From positions 10,299-74,298 of the forward strand of contig CAJONC010000008.1 in the NCBI GenBank assembly GCA_905235675.1: DNA of 64,000 nucleotides. The letters run 5' to 3'. Below, piece after piece: positions 20,443-29,065 of the stretch. The position numbers were made by a program, and so were the translations under genes. Below the pieces are notes generated by a model, which searched no databases, was not told where the DNA came from, and worked only from the letters and a program-made list of their open reading frames with translations. The first letter of the stretch is position 1. Every line of letters starts with the position of its first letter. Origin of the DNA: an uncultured Bacteroidales bacterium. GTDB lineage: Bacteria > Bacteroidota > Bacteroidia > Bacteroidales > UBA932.

Positions 20443-21812
20443 TGAAAAGATATTTATTGTCGATAATGGTTTTACTGCCGCTGTTGCTTTCCTGCAACGA
20501 GGAGCTTGCAGTAAAGAGTTTGCGCCTGAGTTCAACTGTACTCCAGTTGCAGGAGAATCACGATACGCTTCTCATCGCGACGGCAGATCCGGATAAATTG
20601 TCCTCCGGGGTCAGTTGGCGCTCGATGGATGAAAGTGTCGCCACCGTGGATGCAGAAGGACGTGTCAAAGGACTGTTGGGAGGACGCACGTTTATCCTTG
20701 CAAGCGTAGGATCTCTCACAAAAGGTTGCGCTGTAACAGTGTTTGCAAGGGTGGAAAACATCACTTTAAGCGACAACTCCATTTTTATGGGCGTCGGGGA
20801 ATCCAGGGAAATCAAAGTTGATTTTACTCCGGAAAGGGCTCTGAATCATAAACTTGTATGGACGAGTTCCAACCCTGAAGTTGCTCTGGTAAGTGGCGGC
20901 ATCGTCATTGGCAAAAGCATTGGAAAGGCAACGATTACTGCTGTATCTGATGACAATCCTGAAATCACTGCTGTTTGTGAGATAGAGGTGGGGGTGCCTG
21001 TGGATGCTGTTGAGATAAGCGCAGAAGAAGCAAGCATATTCGTCGGCGAGTCTTTGCAGTTAATGGCATCTGCTGTTCCTTCCGACGCCAGCCATCCTGA
21101 AATTGTATGGAGTTCTGCGGATGAGACCATCGCTACAGTCAGCGAAACGGGCCTTGTAACTGGAGTGTCAGCCGGCAAAGTGATTATAACTGCAACCGCT
21201 CCTTTTGGTGAGGTGTCGGCTTCATGCAATATGGAGGTCAGGACTCACGTGACAGGTGTGACACTTGACAAGCACACTATCGAAATTTATTCTCTTGAGA
21301 CTGTTAAACTGTCTGCTGCAATCCAGCCTGAATCTGCCTTCGTTAAAGAGGTAACATGGACTTCGTCGAATCCTCTTGTGGCGACGGTAGATACTGACGG
21401 AAACGTAACAGGAAGGAGCAAAGGCTCTGCTGTTATTACCGTGACAACCAAGGACGGTGGCTTTTCTGATAATTGTACTGTTAATGTAATCAGCGGAACC
21501 GCAGCGGTAGCTGAAATTAAATTTGAAAAAGATGTATACACTCTTACCGTCGGCAAGACTATGGAAATCATTCCGATAGTCCTTCCTTTGGATGCAGGTG
21601 ACAAGACTGTGCAATGGAGTGTGTCGGACAATACGGTCGCGTCAGTATCGGAGGATGGCATAATCACAGGCCTGAAGGCCGGCAGCGTCACTTTGAAGGC
21701 GATAAGCATAAACAATCCTGCAGCCTCGGCGACTTGTATGCTGAAGGTGGTTCCGTTCAGCGGAGGCCCTGGCGGTGGATACGACGATGATAATTATAAC
21801 TGGGAGGGTTAA
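20439..21812 (+). CDS. lipoprotein with five Big_2 (bacterial Ig-like) repeats
   Basis: 457 aa, lipobox LLLSC. Repeated ...W.SS....ATV...G.VTG...G.A.ITA... units. Confidence 0.85.
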   Translation: MMKRYLLSIMVLLPLLLSCNEELAVKSLRLSSTVLQLQENHDTLLIATADPDKLSSGVSWRSMDESVATVDAEGRVKGLLGGRTFILASVGSLTKGCAVTVFARVENITLSDNSIFMGVGESREIKVDFTPERALNHKLVWTSSNPEVALVSGGIVIGKSIGKATITAVSDDNPEITAVCEIEVGVPVDAVEISAEEASIFVGESLQLMASAVPSDASHPEIVWSSADETIATVSETGLVTGVSAGKVIITATAPFGEVSASCNMEVRTHVTGVTLDKHTIEIYSLETVKLSAAIQPESAFVKEVTWTSSNPLVATVDTDGNVTGRSKGSAVITVTTKDGGFSDNCTVNVISGTAAVAEIKFEKDVYTLTVGKTMEIIPIVLPLDAGDKTVQWSVSDNTVASVSEDGIITGLKAGSVTLKAISINNPAASATCMLKVVPFSGGPGGGYDDDNYNWEG

Positions 21813-21815
21813 GAT

Positions 21816-23948
21816 ATGAAAAAGATATACATTGTTCTTTCAGCACTTGCCGCTTGCATAGCCTGTTCAAGGGAGCCCGCTCCCGCCAACGATTATGTTG
21901 ATGAATTGAAACAGACTACCATCAAGAGTTTTCAAGCCATACTGCCTGAACTCTGCAATACCAAGACTGTTCTTGGAGAAGCGGAAGAGGGGCATCACAA
22001 GGTGTCATGGACAGACGGAGACAAGATCCGTATAGTATTCGGTACCGGGGAGGATGATTATGTAGACGCCGCAGTGGCTGCCGACGGTTCAGTTGAAGCA
22101 GATGTGCCTGAAGCAGAAACCTATTATGCCGTTTACCCGGTATGCAGAGCGAAAATAGACGGGGAGGGGACATTCCTTTTCGACATCCCGTCGGAACAGA
22201 TCGGGAAGTTTTCCGAGGCCGGTTTCATGACTGCGAACGCCTCGGCTTCGGACAGGGTTTTCTCATTTGCGAATGCATCCGGGCTTTTCTCTTTTGAAGT
22301 AAAACGCGACGATATCTCCAATGTCGTAATCCGCGCTTGTGATGGTACACCCCTCTCCGGAAATTCAAAAGCCGGCATAGACTCCGTAAGTATTTCCCTG
22401 AACGGCCCCGGTGTGTATTATGCTGCATTTCTTAAGGATGCAGACTTGAAAGCCGGTCTTGGGATGCGTTACTACAAGGGTTCCGATGCATTGCCTGGCG
22501 TACTTTCCATCAGCGCGGTCAAGGCAGAATCCGGGAAGTTGTTCAATCTCGGATGTCCGGAGGAGATGATTTATGAGGGAGACTACAGCATCACTCCGGA
22601 GAGTCAGGATCTTCTGCGCAAGTTACTGAACACGCATCTTTCAGAAGGGCTTGAAGCGGATGGCAAAGTGCATTCGTGGCGTGTCGGCGGAAAGAAAATA
22701 CACCTTGCTGCAGGGACATACAACTTCAATGCAGAAAGTGGATATCTCATTTCATCGCTCGGAGCATGCAGCCCCGTTGAGATAATCGGAGAAGATGGCA
22801 CTGTCATCAAGTGTGAAGGTGCAAGTGCATTCTCTATCTCCAATGCCGGTTCTTTTCATTTTGAGAATATAACATTTGATGGTTCAACCACCGACGGTAA
22901 CGGAGCAGCAATTAATTGGGGCAGTACCGGGACCTTGAGCCTTAAAAACTGCGTATTCAGCAACAACGCTGCTGCAGGAGCCGGTGGCGCACTTTATCTT
23001 TCAGCAGGAACTATAGATATTGAATCTTGTACATTCACCGGGAATAACGCTGCTGCCGGTGTTGCATACAACAAGGATGGCGGCCTGCCTTCCGGCGGCG
23101 CAGTCTATGCAATCTGTGCTGAAGGTGCAGGGGCCGGAACAATGCTGAGAATCAATCATTGTGCGTTCTCCGATAATATATCCGGCACTTATGGCGCTCA
23201 TTTGAGTATCTATACTTCATCAGAAAGCGCATCTTGCTCTGCCTGGCTCAATGCCTGCTCTTTCTTTGAAGGATATGCCGACAATGGCGGCAAGACGGCG
23301 GCTCAGAGCGGAGAACGCTATTATGGCAAGTCTATTCATTCTGATGGACTGACAGATGTGGGTATCTCGGAACTCGCATTCAACAATTGTACAGTTGCAG
23401 GCAAGGCAGTAACTCCTGCAACCGATGCGAAATGGAACGGCCTCAGCCTTGTCAGCGGTGAACGCACCAGAATGCTTGCTGTAAACTCGACCTTTTTCGG
23501 TGCCAGCAACGGAACAATATTCAAAAACTTGAACCGTGGCGAAAAAGTAGAGGAGGTCTATATGATGAATTGTCTCCTTACAAACCTTACAAAGGCTAAA
23601 ACATCGATTAATCTTTATGCAAGTACACCGGTAGTCAAGGCGGACTACAATGTTTATGACGACCGTAAAAACGGATATACAATTCAGGAACACGATACCA
23701 TCGGTATACTCTATACAGATATTGCCTGGGCGTGGAATGATACGGATAAGCTCTATGAGTGGTCTACCGGCAAGGAGATTTCCAATTATGCGGCGAGCGA
23801 TACCGTCGAGGCGATGGTCAGGGAGAATATGCCCGAGTATGATGCCTGGCTCAAAACTCTGTCGCCGGCACCTTACGGGATCGATCAGGCAGGCCATACG
23901 CGCAATGCCGGTAAACTCAACCCGGGAGCGTGGGATGCAGGATTATAA
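21816..23948 (+). CDS. lipoprotein: fimbrillin-like N-terminal domain plus right-handed parallel beta-helix (Pmp-like GGA/FxxN repeats)
   Basis: 710 aa, lipobox ACIACS. The C-terminal half has FENITFDG, CVFSNN, GGALYL, CTFTGN, GGAVYA and CAFSDN repeats. Confidence 0.65.
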   Translation: MKKIYIVLSALAACIACSREPAPANDYVDELKQTTIKSFQAILPELCNTKTVLGEAEEGHHKVSWTDGDKIRIVFGTGEDDYVDAAVAADGSVEADVPEAETYYAVYPVCRAKIDGEGTFLFDIPSEQIGKFSEAGFMTANASASDRVFSFANASGLFSFEVKRDDISNVVIRACDGTPLSGNSKAGIDSVSISLNGPGVYYAAFLKDADLKAGLGMRYYKGSDALPGVLSISAVKAESGKLFNLGCPEEMIYEGDYSITPESQDLLRKLLNTHLSEGLEADGKVHSWRVGGKKIHLAAGTYNFNAESGYLISSLGACSPVEIIGEDGTVIKCEGASAFSISNAGSFHFENITFDGSTTDGNGAAINWGSTGTLSLKNCVFSNNAAAGAGGALYLSAGTIDIESCTFTGNNAAAGVAYNKDGGLPSGGAVYAICAEGAGAGTMLRINHCAFSDNISGTYGAHLSIYTSSESASCSAWLNACSFFEGYADNGGKTAAQSGERYYGKSIHSDGLTDVGISELAFNNCTVAGKAVTPATDAKWNGLSLVSGERTRMLAVNSTFFGASNGTIFKNLNRGEKVEEVYMMNCLLTNLTKAKTSINLYASTPVVKADYNVYDDRKNGYTIQEHDTIGILYTDIAWAWNDTDKLYEWSTGKEISNYAASDTVEAMVRENMPEYDAWLKTLSPAPYGIDQAGHTRNAGKLNPGAWDAGL

Positions 23949-23964
23949 CTAATAACATAATTAT

Positions 23965-24105
23965 ATGAAAAAGAATTATTTACCCCCTTTGTCAGTTATT
24001 CTGCCAATTGAACCGCAGGCGATGATTTGCGTCAGCGATATAGAGCAGTTAATGAGTATTGAAAGTTTATCATATACCGACGAAATGTTCGACGGGTGGA
24101 TTTAA
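23965..24105 (+). CDS. unannotated 46-aa small ORF (paralog of 26065-26199)
   Basis: MKKNYLPPLSVILPIEPQAMICVSDIEQLMSIESLSYTDEMFDGWI. It falls below the 60-aa cutoff of the track. 12 of the first 24 residues are identical, without gaps, to the second small ORF. It occupies the same position 14 nt upstream of a paralogous lipoprotein gene. Confidence 0.45.
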   Translation: MKKNYLPPLSVILPIEPQAMICVSDIEQLMSIESLSYTDEMFDGWI

Positions 24106-24119
24106 TGGAGGTCAGAATA

Positions 24120-26060
24120 ATGAAGAACTTAATTAAATTTATGGCACTGGCTGCCATCATTCTTGTCTCCTGTACTAAGGAGAACAGCAATAACACAAAC
24201 CCTGAACCCGAAATTGTAAACGGGGCTCCGGTTCTTAAGGCGAGAATTGCCAACACCAAGACCAGCCTTGACGGACTTGCACTCAGTTTTATGGTCGGGG
24301 ACCAGATTACCGTGTTCAATGGAGTCAAAGATGAAAGCAATCATCACGGTGTCAGCCGTTATGTATGTACAGGAATCAGCGCCGGTGTCGCTACTTTTGC
24401 TTTTGATCCCGGGAACAGTGAGTGTGCAACTGTTGATGCCGACATCGACCCGCTGATTGCAACTCACCCTCAAAGGAGTGCTTCGACGGCAGAATATGAG
24501 GCATATGGGGCAGGGACGGTCAAAATACGTATGGTTGCCGGCCCTATAGATACTGACAACGGATTTGCAGCACCATCTCTTCCGATAATTGCCTGTGCGG
24601 ATGCTGGAGATGCTCTTGACTTCAATTTGACAGTAGGTTTGTTCGAAGTTGTACTGAAAGGTACTGCATCGATTGCCACTATTGCGCTTACTTCAAATCA
24701 AAACATAAATGGAGATGCTTCTGTAGATTATACTTCTGCAACTCCTGCTCTGACAATGATCGGAACAGGCAAGACAAACACCTACCGCTACAATCACGAT
24801 TCAGGGTCTGGCGTAACCAGCGGAATAGCACTGAATGAAAGCACCGGAGTCAAGTTCTATTTCGGACTGCCCGCAGGTACGCACAATGTGAAGTTTGTCT
24901 TCACAGATACCGACGGTAATACGATGACAAAGACTGCGGAAGGTCTCACGATAGAGAGAGCAAAAATAACAAGGAGCAAGAATGTCCTCTCCTTCGCTCC
25001 CGACGTAGCCCCGACAGTTAATCTCTCGGAAGGTGGCAAATATGCAAACTGCTATGTTGTAAAGGCTCCTGGCAATTATGAATTAGATGCCCGCAAGCCT
25101 GATGGCACCCTGGTGTCCGGAAGCAACGCCGTATGGGTATGGGCAAGCGGAGAGAAGTGCAATGGAGCCGCCGGCCTTCCTGTTACAATGATGAAAGATA
25201 TAGCCTATGACAACGACAAGATATCGTTCTCGGTACCTGAAAGTTACGGTGTCGGCAATGTTGTTCTTGGTGTTGTTGATGGCAGTTCCAATCTGTTGTA
25301 TACCTGGCATATCTGGCTGACATCGGATGATATTGAGGACGTTACCGCAGGAGGCATTACTGTAATGGACCGTAACCTTGGTGCAGGAGCCCTGTACGAT
25401 GTTGCGCTTGCAACAAATGCTCCCCTGCAGGCAGGAAAGGGCAATTTCTATCAGTGGGGCCGCAAAGACCCGTTCCCTGGAGGACGGAACAGTTCGACAG
25501 GAACCATAGAAGCTACGCCATTCGGGACCACAAACAGCCAGTATAACGTCATAAATACTGCGGCATCCATCAATAATGTTTCGGAATGGGCTGCGTCTGG
25601 CGACTTGGGTGGTGTGACCGCGGAGGATGGCGCAAGCCATCCGGTTACGCTCGCCGCCTCCGCCAAAGTGCCCGGATATGATTCTTCCGACAAGACAACT
25701 CCCTGGTGCGGGAGAACCAATGCCAATCCCTGCCCTTATGGCTACAGAGTTATGAACAAGAGCGAATTCAGTACCCTTATCGGTTTGGGTGTCGTTGCAT
25801 CCAATTACAATAACTTCGGGCAGGTGAAACTTGCAGATGCAGTTATTCTTCCCAGGGCTGGATTCAGGGCAGGCACTACCGGTGGCTCGCAGTATGGGCA
25901 GACTTCCGCCCGCTATTATTGCAACGATGTAAGCGAAACGGAGGCTACCAAGGGCTATGCCTATAAGTTCGACTGGTCCAATACCAGTACGTATTCATCT
26001 TATACCGAAACGACATACAATGCCTACAACGCCTGCAGTGTCCGTTGTGTAAAACAGTAA
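24120..26060 (+). CDS. lipoprotein: fimbrillin-like N-terminal domain plus FISUMP (Fibrobacter succinogenes major paralogous, TIGR02145-like) C-terminal domain
   Basis: Lipobox ILVSC. C-terminal pattern ITVMDRNLGA...FYQWGRKDP...NPCPYGYRV...EF..L...LPRAGFR...ARYY...CSVRCVK. ATG at 24120 is preferred over the GTG at 24096. Confidence 0.7.
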   Translation: MKNLIKFMALAAIILVSCTKENSNNTNPEPEIVNGAPVLKARIANTKTSLDGLALSFMVGDQITVFNGVKDESNHHGVSRYVCTGISAGVATFAFDPGNSECATVDADIDPLIATHPQRSASTAEYEAYGAGTVKIRMVAGPIDTDNGFAAPSLPIIACADAGDALDFNLTVGLFEVVLKGTASIATIALTSNQNINGDASVDYTSATPALTMIGTGKTNTYRYNHDSGSGVTSGIALNESTGVKFYFGLPAGTHNVKFVFTDTDGNTMTKTAEGLTIERAKITRSKNVLSFAPDVAPTVNLSEGGKYANCYVVKAPGNYELDARKPDGTLVSGSNAVWVWASGEKCNGAAGLPVTMMKDIAYDNDKISFSVPESYGVGNVVLGVVDGSSNLLYTWHIWLTSDDIEDVTAGGITVMDRNLGAGALYDVALATNAPLQAGKGNFYQWGRKDPFPGGRNSSTGTIEATPFGTTNSQYNVINTAASINNVSEWAASGDLGGVTAEDGASHPVTLAASAKVPGYDSSDKTTPWCGRTNANPCPYGYRVMNKSEFSTLIGLGVVASNYNNFGQVKLADAVILPRAGFRAGTTGGSQYGQTSARYYCNDVSETEATKGYAYKFDWSNTSTYSSYTETTYNAYNACSVRCVKQ

Positions 26061-26064
26061 GAGT

Positions 26065-26199
26065 ATGAAAAAAGAATATATGATCCCTCAGGCGGAAGCC
26101 TTGCAATTTGATCCGCAGATGGTTATTTGCGGAAGTCCGGAATCGGATAGTGTCGATAGTATGACCAAAGATACGGTAAACAGTATAATTTGGTATTAA
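26065..26199 (+). CDS. unannotated 44-aa small ORF (paralog of 23965-24105)
   Basis: MKKEYMIPQAEALQFDPQMVICGSPESDSVDSMTKDTVNSIIWY. Shares the pattern MKK.Y..P....L...PQ..IC.S and a Trp near the C-terminus with the first small ORF. It lies 13 nt upstream of the second FISUMP lipoprotein. Confidence 0.45.
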   Translation: MKKEYMIPQAEALQFDPQMVICGSPESDSVDSMTKDTVNSIIWY

Positions 26200-26212
26200 A
26201 ACATAGGCCAAG

Positions 26213-28192
26213 ATGAAAAAGATATATAGTTTATTGATATTTGCCGCACTCCTCGCTGTTTCTTGCGGGAAGAGTGTCGTAGAGTCTCCTGCCGTCGAAC
26301 CCGAGCCGGAACAGGAAACGGTGTATCCTGAAATTCAGGTTGCGCTTTCGGTGGATACCAAGACAACCATTACCGATAATGGCGATTCGTTCAGCATTGC
26401 ATTCGCAGTTGATGATGACATTGCCGTTTTCAATGGTGAGAAAGATGAGGACACCCATCTGCCCTGCCGCTATCGTTGCAACAGGATAGATGGTGGAGTT
26501 GCATATTTCTCATATAATCCTACTACCGATGCGGAAAGAGAAATTGTGCCTGATACTGAGTTGGCGATAATTGTCGCCACCTATCCATACCGCGGGACTA
26601 CCACCTGCGGGTATGAAACTTATGGCGACGGAACAGTCAAGATCAGAATGGTCAATGCTCCCTCCAGTTCATCTTCCGGTTTTGCAAAATCGGCACTACC
26701 CCTCATAGCATATGCAGATGCCGGAGAGCAACTCACTTTCCATCATACCGTAGGCTTGATGCAACTCAAACTCGAGGGTAGTGAAGTCAATATCAAGAAA
26801 ATAGCCGTGACTTCCGACAAGAATATCGTTGGTGATGCCAAAGTCGCATATGCTGCATCCGAACCTTCTCTGGAAGTGGTGGGCGAAGACGGAACCGGCG
26901 GAATCAGCAATTTCAAGAAAGCGACGTATACCTTTAACGATGCAAGCGGATTGCCGCTTGATTCCGATGGGGTAGATTTCTATATTGGACTCCCTGAAGG
27001 CACTCACAATCTCAGTCTTCTCATTACGGATGCAGACGACAATACTATGCTTATCTCCGCTCCGTCAGTACCTATATCCCGTGGAGTCGTGATACCTACG
27101 ACTCTCACTTACACGGCGGATCCCCTGGCAAACCTTACCAATCTTTCCGAATTCGGGCACTTCGCCAATTGTTATGTGGTAAGCAAAGCCGGCAACTACT
27201 GCTTCAACGCCCGTAAGCCTGACGGGGCCCTGGTGAGTGGTGACAGCGCTACTTGGGTGTGGGCGAGCGGAGAAGCATTCAATTCCGCAGCCAACCAGAC
27301 CGAAGCCAGACTGAACGCCAAGATGATGGACAACATATCATTGAGAGGGGGCAAAATCTACTTTAATGTTCCTTCTGATTTTACTGTTGGAAACGTTGTT
27401 CTCGGAATTGTTGATGGCAGCAGTAACCTGCTTTATACTTGGCATATCTGGCTGACCTCGGATGACATTGAGGACGTTACCGCCGGAGGCATAACTGTAA
27501 TGGACCGCAATCTTGGAGCAGGAAAAGCATGTAATCCCGCAGGTGAAACTAATGCTGATTGGCAACTTACGAGGGGTAATTATTACCAATGGGGCAGGAA
27601 AGACCCTATACTCGGGATTAGAAATAATACCGCAGAAAACACCTCCAGTGCGTATGCTTCCGGCAATAGTTGGTACAGTGTCCTAAATACGGATATTAGC
27701 AATGTTTCTGCGTGGAGTTATAACGGAGATTTTGGGGGAGTGACTATTGAGGATGGCGCAAAATATCCGGTAACGATGGCTGCTTCAAAAAAAGTACCCG
27801 GGTATATTGCTGACGATAAGTCCACGCTTTGGAGTGAGCGGCCCAATGCAAATCCATGTCCGTATGGATATACGATTATCAGTAGCTCTCAGTTCGAAAC
27901 TTTGATTGATGCCGGGACTCCCACTGTATCTGTGTACAATTCGTTCGGACTTGTAAATCTTGGAGGTGGTATTATGTTGCCAAGAGCCGGGATGCGTTAC
28001 GGCTCTGATGGTACGGCCCGGTCCATTACAACCGATGCGAGATATTATACCGATAATCCCGGTACTAGTGATGGACAAGGATATGCATATAGGTTTATAA
28101 CAAGTGGTTCGACATTTTCTTCGGCTACACTTACATCATACGATGCCTACAACGCCTGCTCTGTCCGCTGCGTGAAGATTGGAGGTATATGA
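26213..28192 (+). CDS. lipoprotein: fimbrillin-like N-terminal domain plus FISUMP C-terminal domain (paralog of 24120-26060)
   Basis: Lipobox LLAVSC. Same architecture as its paralog, including a 38-aa block that is 100% identical. It ends ...SVRCVKIGGI at a TGA that is in frame with the next gene. Confidence 0.7.
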   Translation: MKKIYSLLIFAALLAVSCGKSVVESPAVEPEPEQETVYPEIQVALSVDTKTTITDNGDSFSIAFAVDDDIAVFNGEKDEDTHLPCRYRCNRIDGGVAYFSYNPTTDAEREIVPDTELAIIVATYPYRGTTTCGYETYGDGTVKIRMVNAPSSSSSGFAKSALPLIAYADAGEQLTFHHTVGLMQLKLEGSEVNIKKIAVTSDKNIVGDAKVAYAASEPSLEVVGEDGTGGISNFKKATYTFNDASGLPLDSDGVDFYIGLPEGTHNLSLLITDADDNTMLISAPSVPISRGVVIPTTLTYTADPLANLTNLSEFGHFANCYVVSKAGNYCFNARKPDGALVSGDSATWVWASGEAFNSAANQTEARLNAKMMDNISLRGGKIYFNVPSDFTVGNVVLGIVDGSSNLLYTWHIWLTSDDIEDVTAGGITVMDRNLGAGKACNPAGETNADWQLTRGNYYQWGRKDPILGIRNNTAENTSSAYASGNSWYSVLNTDISNVSAWSYNGDFGGVTIEDGAKYPVTMAASKKVPGYIADDKSTLWSERPNANPCPYGYTIISSSQFETLIDAGTPTVSVYNSFGLVNLGGGIMLPRAGMRYGSDGTARSITTDARYYTDNPGTSDGQGYAYRFITSGSTFSSATLTSYDAYNACSVRCVKIGGI

Positions 28193-28210
28193 AGGGGTGG
28201 CATCGCCGGT

Positions 28211-29062
28211 ATGGATGCTGACGAGGTGACAACTGACATAAAGGTCAAGACTGCTTCCTATAACGTATGGAGTCAGGGCGGTCGCTCCGGTGCGGACGAA
28301 AAATATACCTGGTCCAAGGCCGGGCCTGCCGTGATAGAGTGTATCCAGAGCAACGACGCCGACATAGTGGCCCTGCAGGAGGTTAACTCTTTATCGGCCG
28401 GGCTCCATAGCGGGCTGGACAGTTACGCCTGGGTAATATACACCGAGGACGGCATAGAGACCAACCTTATTGATGATCTTGACCACCAGTCTCCAGTAAT
28501 ATTGTACAAGAGCAGCCTGTTTTCCCTGCAGAGCAGCGGATGGATAGATTTGGGAGAAGATACACAGAAGCCTTACTGGGTAGTTTATGCCCAGTTAAGG
28601 CACAGCGCCAGTGGGAAAGATCTCTGGGTTTTCAGTACCCATCTCAACAACGAGCAGGACTCCGCCCTTCAGACAAGTCAGGTGAGCACTTTGCTCTCAA
28701 ATGCTGAAAGCCTCGTACCGGAAGGGACAGCATCGCTTATAATGGGCGATTTGAACATCTTCCCGATTGACAATAGCGGAAACGAAATAGCCAATTACGC
28801 CGCCATCACCGGTAGCAGATGGAAAGATGCATACGACACGGTATCGGCCAGAGAAGGCAACTACGTGGCCAAAGGACTCGCCAGCGGCACGATGCACAAC
28901 ACCTCTAAAGGAGGGCTGTCCTCTGTCCGAACAGACCATATACTTGTTTCGGATGCTACCATATTGTCATATGGGGTTGACCGTAGCAAATATGAGAACA
29001 CCGACGGTACGGCAATTTGGCCTTCGGACCACTTCCTGATTTATTCAAGCGTAAGTTTGTAG
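28211..29062 (+). CDS. endonuclease/exonuclease/phosphatase (EEP) family protein, no signal peptide
   Basis: EEP motifs are intact: ASYNVW, VALQEV, MGDLNI, PSDHFLI. Same reading frame as the preceding gene, separated only by a TGA plus 6 sense codons. Confidence 0.8.
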   Translation: MDADEVTTDIKVKTASYNVWSQGGRSGADEKYTWSKAGPAVIECIQSNDADIVALQEVNSLSAGLHSGLDSYAWVIYTEDGIETNLIDDLDHQSPVILYKSSLFSLQSSGWIDLGEDTQKPYWVVYAQLRHSASGKDLWVFSTHLNNEQDSALQTSQVSTLLSNAESLVPEGTASLIMGDLNIFPIDNSGNEIANYAAITGSRWKDAYDTVSAREGNYVAKGLASGTMHNTSKGGLSSVRTDHILVSDATILSYGVDRSKYENTDGTAIWPSDHFLIYSSVSL

Positions 29063-29065
29063 AAG

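Noticed and set aside
23965-26199. The small ORFs as RiPP precursor peptides
   Set aside because: No radical-SAM enzyme, cyclase, protease or ABC-exporter maturation gene is nearby, and there is no Gly-Gly or other recognisable leader cleavage motif. They are kept only as small proteins of unknown function.
24120-28192. Diversity-generating retroelement (DGR) targeting the FISUMP/lectin-like C-termini
   Set aside because: There is no reverse transcriptase and no template repeat in the window. Differences between the paralogs are not adenine-specific, and the identical block differs only by ordinary synonymous changes.
28190-28192. Genome-wide TGA recoding or selenocysteine as the explanation for the in-frame TGA
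   Set aside because: Many genes in the window terminate sensibly at TGA, for example the sigma factor, fecR, and the tri-domain and GH35-like genes. No SECIS-like hairpin follows the codon.
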